Positions 58,593-64,000 of a DNA stretch of 64,000 nucleotides are shown one piece after another. Numbering within the stretch: position 1 is the first letter of the stretch; every line of letters begins with the position of its first letter. The notes beneath the pieces were generated by a model that did no database searches, was not told the origin of the DNA, and saw only the letters and a program-made list of their open reading frames with translations. Made by a program: the position numbers and the translations under genes. The stretch comes from Lama guanicoe (lineage: Eukaryota): the NCBI GenBank assembly GCA_013239625.1, contig MU053216.1, forward strand, positions 496,001-560,000, written 5' to 3'.

Positions 58593-60163
58593 TGTAAGGG
58601 AAGAAAAATACTTCTCCTACCCTCTTAGGTTCAGCTACTAGTCTCCACAAATTAAACTAGGAACAGACAGATTAACAGGAAAAAATGCATACAAGTTGTA
58701 TTTGACGTTATATTTTTATTTTTGTATGCATAAAGGTCTTCACAGAAAATAAATGAAGAGGGGAGGGGCCGGGGGTGTGCAGGTCTGAGCACATACTGGG
58801 AGTCAGGCTGGGAGTCAGGATGGGGGTCAGGCTGAGGGTCAGGCCTGCTGCAGGTTGGGGAGATCACAGAGGGCCTGGTACACGGACCCAAGGCAGCCCC
58901 ACAGCGTGGAGCCCAGCCTCCGGACGCTGGATATTGACACGTCTGAGAATGATTCAGAATTCGGAAAGATCCGAAAAGAGAGACACCACTCCTGGGTGGA
59001 CATAATAACCACATAATAACCATAATAACTACCGAATCACGAAGGGAAGATGAAGCTCTATCGTGGGAGCATTTGCACTTGGATGATAAGACTCGCTCTG
59101 TCTCAGAGGCAGTGGTGTCTTTGATGTGAGAGATGAGAGGACTGGGAGACTCTCATTTCCATGGAGAAGGGAGACAAGATCTCTCTTCCTGCGGGGACCG
59201 GCCTGCTCCAGCCTGGACGGGGAGCGCTGCGTGAAAGCTGTGCGGCCGCTGAGAACCAGCCCGGACCGTGCACGGCCGGCCTGCTGGCCACTTGGAGGCC
59301 CGGGGGCAGTTCGTGGGGGTTTGGGCGCAGACAGCACAGCGCTGCCCTAGGGCCCAGTGCGCCCCACCCTCCTCGCGAAGGTCCCAGGCGTGACAGCCGC
59401 AGAAAGCCTGTTGTGTTCTTTTTACGCTTTTGCGTCGTTGACGTGAGGCTGGGCGAGCGTTCCTTTGTGAGACTGTCTGGTCAGACACATTGTCACGGAA
59501 GGCGCTGTAACGCTGCTTTGTACGTGGGAGCAACTGTGGGCATCTGGGCAAATCCTTCCGTTTTCTGTGACTGGGGATCAGAGGTTCGGTGGCCCTGGTC
59601 AGCACACACCTTCGGCTCTAACCCACTGAGTTTTGTCTCAGCTGCCCCCTCTGGACCGGATTCTGGGACTCGAAGCCGATGCCAGGCGAGGTGGTGCCCA
59701 CCCTGTGAGCACAGTGCTGGCCGGAGAGAAGACGCCTTCCTCCCAGAGCCCGGGACAGCAGGGGGGCGTCCCGGGGATGCGCTGGCCCGTTAGAGGACAC
59801 GCACTGCGGCTTGTGCCGCTTTCTTGTGGAAAATAAAATCTCTGCATTGATTGAAAAGGAAGAAGTGAGGGCGCCGAGGAGGTTGGCTCGGGGGGCTTGC
59901 GCGCCGTTTTAACAAAGGACGGTCCGTCGTGGGGCAGTGAAGAGGCCGAGGTGAGGCGCCTGGCCCCCAGGGAGCCAGGGCGGACAGGAGGTGCAGCTGG
60001 GCGCTGTCTTCATCCCCCCTTCCCTTCCCGGTGCCTTCAAGGGGGACTTCCGCCCTGATTTTAGCATGGGGACAGGCAGAGAGCGCGCCTGTGTCTGCTT
60101 GCTCTCAGGTTTCTTCAGTAGAAAATAATCTTTGTGCCCACGCGGCGTGTTCTTGGCCCGTCA
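58593..60163 (-). mobile_element. Degenerate ERV1-class remnant: two LTR halves flanking an env-like fragment
   Basis: Bounded by TG...CA. LTR-like ends tgtaagggaagaaaaatac...agacagattaacagga and cttcagtagaaaataatctttgtgcc. The minus-strand peptide DLREEGGAHWALGQRCAV (~59330-59385) resembles the env TM GG..CX6CC region. Confidence 0.5.
58796..58843 (+). repeat. 12-bp tandem repeat x4 (ctgggagtcagg)
   Basis: ctgggagtcagg ctgggagtcagg atgggggtcagg ctgagggtcagg. Confidence 0.8.
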
Positions 60164-60479
60164 AAGTCTCGTGCTTGCCGGCACTTTCCACACACGGGGA
60201 CCGTTCTGGGTGTTTTCTCTGCCCCGACCCACCTCATCCTCAAAACATTTTCTTATTAGACGTACTTTATAATCACCCCACTTTACACGTGGGGTAACCA
60301 GGGATCAGAGACGTTACCAACTGGCCTACAACCCTCCCACAAGCCCCTCCGGAGTGAAGCCCACGTTCAGAGGCAGCCAGCCCGGCCGGGGGCCGCCCGC
60401 CCGCCGCGTCTGGTGGGCGGTCAGCCGTTCCCAGGGCCCTCTGTGCTCCTGGCGGCTCTGGGAGCCCTGGGTCTGCCGC

Positions 60480-60925
60480 TCCTGTGGTTGTAGCCGTCGG
60501 TGTTCGTCAGATTAGACATGAAAACAAGGGGGCTTCTAAAACGCCTTTGAATGAGCGCAATGACCCATCATATGTCACAGAACGACGTTTCTTAAAAGAC
60601 CTAAATTTTCCAAAACAACCAAGGCATTTCATTGGAAGAATGGCGTTGTGCTGCATTTTTGCCACATCTCTTTAGTCTCTGGCCTAAGAGACTACAGCTG
60701 GACTCAGCATTCAGTCTGCTGTGACGCGCCGTTTGGAGGGTATGGGTTAAACCCCGCCTCCCGGACTGAAGGAGAGAGGGGCGCTCTAACAGCCTCTACG
60801 CGTCGCTGTGGGTGTTCCTGACACCACGCCAAAACCCAGCAAGTGGGGTGTCTTAGCCGCTGGTCGCAGTGTGGAAGCTGAAACCAGGTCAGTGGGATTT
60901 TTGTTCTCTGTCACATTAAAACCTT
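60480..60925. mobile_element. Charlie1-like hAT DNA transposon fossil
   Basis: ttttccaaaacaa...tggcgttgtgctgcatttttgccacatctcttt...cagctgga...gcattcagtctgctgtgac...gtgtggaagctgaaacc...ctctgtcacattaaaa follows the recalled Charlie1 consensus. Confidence 0.65.
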
Positions 60926-60959
60926 TAACGTTAAAAACCCGCTGTCCTATTTTCCACTT

Positions 60960-61090
60960 AGTGGAACATTTTTGGGGTGATGGATATGTTCACTGTGTTG
61001 ACTGTGTTGTTAGTTTGGGGATGTACACAAATGTTAAAACTTACCAAACTGTGCAAGTTACATATGTGCGATTTATGGCATTCGATTATT
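60960..61090 (+). mobile_element. Old L1M 3' end
   Basis: tttggggtgatggatatgttcactg...aaaacttaccaaactgtgca...ttattactcaataaa. Confidence 0.75.
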
Positions 61091-61224
61091 ACTCAATAAA
61101 ATTGCTCAACAAAAACCACCCCCGAGCCAGGCTGCACTGCCCTATTCAGAAAAGCAGCACAGCGTGCGGGGGAAGTCCAGATCTGGGTCTGTCTGGCACT
61201 GCCGGGCGTATGAGCTTGGCCGTG

Positions 61225-61800
61225 CTCATTCATTCATTCACCTCACGTGCGTGGACCCTTCTCCTGCGCTACCAGGTGTTGACCTGAAGCTGCAGACCGG
61301 GTACGACCCTCACACCTGGAGCTTACAGTCTGGCTGAGGAGACTGGGTAATGACCAAACACCGAGAGGGGCAATTAACCCAGGGGGTTATGATCAGGGAG
61401 TGCTTCCTGGAAGAGGTACCCTCTGAGCTGACTACCCGCTCCCCCGCCCCCAGATGTAGGATGGGCGTTAACCAAAGACAGGGAGTTTTCCCAGCAGACG
61501 GAATATAACCACAGAAGCCCAGAGACGTGGAGAGGGGTTTGCAAGCCCTCAGGGGAGTAAGGACGGCAGGTGGGTGGGGGAAGAGGAGGCTGAGACAGGG
61601 CCACAGTCAGACTGTCCAGGCTCTGTCCTGAGGGCAGAGGAGAGCCTGGGAAGGGTTTGAGGTCAGAGTGCGGAAGCCAGAGGCTCCCTCTGCCCCGGGG
61701 CTGAGAGCAGATTAGAGGGGCTGGGGACTGGGCACAAGGCTGAGGGCTGGAGACCAGTTAGCAGGCCGTGGCAGGAGGGGCTGGGAGCTGAGTGGAAGAA
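61225..61800 (-). mobile_element. L2 LINE fossil
   Basis: ctcattcattcattca...cctggagcttacagtctgg...tcagggagtgcttcctggaagagg...gagggctggagaccagttag. Confidence 0.6.
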
Positions 61801-62190
61801 AGAGGTCACAACAGGCAAGGCGGCTTAAAATTGGGTTTAATTACAAAAATAACACACATTCTTAAAAGCAGAGCAACACTAAAGCATTTGAAGTGAAGCT
61901 AGAGGCCAACCCCAGGCCCCACGTAGACAAAGGTCCTGGGGAGCCAGTGCTGGCTGGTGTGGACGCGGCTTCCGAGCCCTGGGCAGCGGCCTGCGCGGGT
62001 GCAGCCAGAGGCAGCCTGGTTCTGGGGTGTGCTCCGGGGAGCTCTCTTCTGGAAGCTCGGTGGAGACTCTGTGTTTGTGGCCCCTCACAATTCGGGAGCC
62101 ACCTTATCCCTTAAAAAGTCCCCCTTCTGCATAAAATAGAGTGGAGTCTACTCTATTTTAAGTTAAGAACACATGAGATTTAAGGAGAAA

Positions 62191-62305
62191 GGGGAGGGAG
62201 GGTGTAGCACCTGCTCAGCATGCACAAGGTCCTGGGTTCAACCCCTGTTACTGCCATTAAAACAAATAAGTAACCCTAATTACCTCCCCTCATCAAAAAA
62301 CAAAT
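62191..62305 (+). mobile_element. tRNA-Ala-derived SINE (camelid vic-1-like)
   Basis: gggagggtgtagc...ctcagcatgcacaaggtcctgggttcaacccc...ccattaaaacaaataagtaaccctaattacctcccc plus an A tail. Confidence 0.8.
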
Positions 62306-63084
62306 ACATTTATTTTTTAACTATTTTTTTTAAAGTAAGCATGCAAACTAACAAAAATAAAGTTGGGAACAAAAAAATTTTTTAAGCTAATCAGGACAAG
62401 GCAGTGGGAAGGGCTTGGAGTGACAGGCCAGGCGTCTGAGCTGGACTTGGAGGGACCAGGGCAGAAAGCGGCTGATAGACCTGGGGACTGGAGGTTTCAA
62501 AACTGTGTGTGTGGGAGGGGGTCACGGGATGCCCGAATTCAAGATGTCAGTGGTGGGGTGGTTCCCAGTGATGACAAAGCACAGGGTGTGGCCATGGACC
62601 TGAGCAGCTGGCACAGTGGAGGGAGGACCTTTGGAGCCGAGGACAAGGAACACAGGTTATTGGACTGGCTGCGGTTTCTCCACAGTCTTTGAAATCACCC
62701 AAATAATGGCAGGATAGAGACCCCAGAGCAGGCCCCAAATCCATTAGAGTGAGGCAAGTGACCAGCAGGTGGTGGAGGGCAGGACAGTGGGCCCCTCCGC
62801 CCCCCACCTGCCCAGGTGCTGCGGAAGTGGGGTCATTGTTGCTGGAGGGGCCCAAGGAAGGGGGAGGATAGAGAGCTCGGAGATGAAGGAGTTCAGACGG
62901 GAATGGGAAGAGAGAGGGGAGGGAGGAGGCTCGGAACAGCAGGGGTGGGGCTGCAGGGAGGGAGTACAGGCCTGGGAGGGGGCAGTGCTGACGTGGGGGG
63001 CACCTCCCGGAGAGGGAGGGGATGGCTGGGCCTCTGGAGGAGAAGCAGTGCTGGCCAGGCCCAGGCTTTACAGGAATCCTAGAC

Positions 63085-63235
63085 TAGTGAGAGAGTCCCT
63101 TGACTGCTCTGGGACTCAGTTTTCTCACTTGTAAAGTGGGTGCAAGAGAACCCGACTTGCCTGGCTGTTGAGAATTTTAGAGATGAAGTTAAAACGAGGC
63201 ACTTGGCCCAGAGTCTGGCCCAAAGCTCGTTTTCA
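63085..63235 (+). mobile_element. MIR SINE fragment
   Basis: ctctgggactcagttttctcacttgtaaagtggg...gctgttgagaattttagagatga...gcacttggcccagagtctggc. Confidence 0.65.
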
Positions 63236-64000
63236 GGAAAAAGCAGCTGCTGTCATTTTCTTGTTACTAAGTCCCTTCCAGAGGGCGGACGTGCAGGTGA
63301 GGGTGTGGGGTAAGGCCTGGGGCTTGAGGGACCGAGGGGTCCGGCCCCTCATGTCCCTCCCCTTGCTTTTCCTCTGCCACCTCCACCGGCCTCCCAAGAC
63401 AGGTGGCCCTTGGCATCACATAGGCACCAGCTTCCTTTCCCTGAAACCAGACAGTCACCCATCCGCGACAGACAGGCCTCTGCTGGGTAGACCATGCCTC
63501 GCATCCCCGTGAGGCCCCCGCCCCGCTTCTCCCATCAGCATCCCCGACCCACTCCCCTCGCCTACTCCTGCCGTACCTCTCAGCCTGTGAAAGGCAAGCC
63601 TTGCCCCAGGCCCCTCGCCCCACCCCACCCCGCCCCCGCCCCAGGGCAGCAAAGGCAGGACCGTCTTCACCGAGGAGACCAGCTGGAGGGCCGAGGGCAC
63701 CGTGGGGAGCGGCCGGAGGAGAGCAGATCCAGCCGGGCATGGGCAGTGCAGCCCCTCTGCCTCCACCTGTCTTCACAGAGGGGTCTCTGCCCGCCCCGTC
63801 CGTCCCTCGCTCGCTCTCTTAAGTCCCATCCCACAGTTCCCATCTCTTTCTGAAAAGGGACAATGGACACGCAGGAGACCGTTTGATTTGGAAGCTTACT
63901 GGTATTACACACGCGTCCCAGTCCCCGCCCCGCCACTGCCTCCAAGCAGGAGTGATCCCAGCTCCCCCTGGAGCTGCAGGGACGAGGCCTTGGGCAGCCC

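Overview
GC-rich mammalian genomic DNA, probably a camelid (three tRNA-Ala-derived SINEs resemble the camelid vic-1 family), carrying the conserved block PTPRV(-) / PTPN7(+) / ARL8A(+) / GPR37L1(-), followed by ~19 kb with no recognisable gene. I traced all 33 coding exons of PTPRV (OST-PTP/Esp, 84-14902, minus strand). It is a unitary pseudogene: a TAG nonsense codon in the D1 catalytic domain, five frameshifts and several destroyed splice sites, although the WPD and HCSAGVGR motifs are intact. PTPN7 (339 aa) and GPR37L1 (478 aa) are intact. ARL8A exons 2-7 are intact and coding exon 1 falls in a 156-nt N gap. Other notable points: the upstream PTPN7 ATG has become a uORF whose stop overlaps the main start; the PTPN7 kinase-interaction motif is STEP/PTPRR-like; GPR37L1 has Ser at the near-invariant class-A position N1.50; and a CRE/ETS-bearing ~100-bp module is present as an old inverted pair plus a recent 3x tandem amplification near RFX X-boxes (55.7-57.8 kb). 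All orthologue and repeat-consensus comparisons are from memory, not from searches. Most ORFs in the supplied track are chance GC-rich frames.
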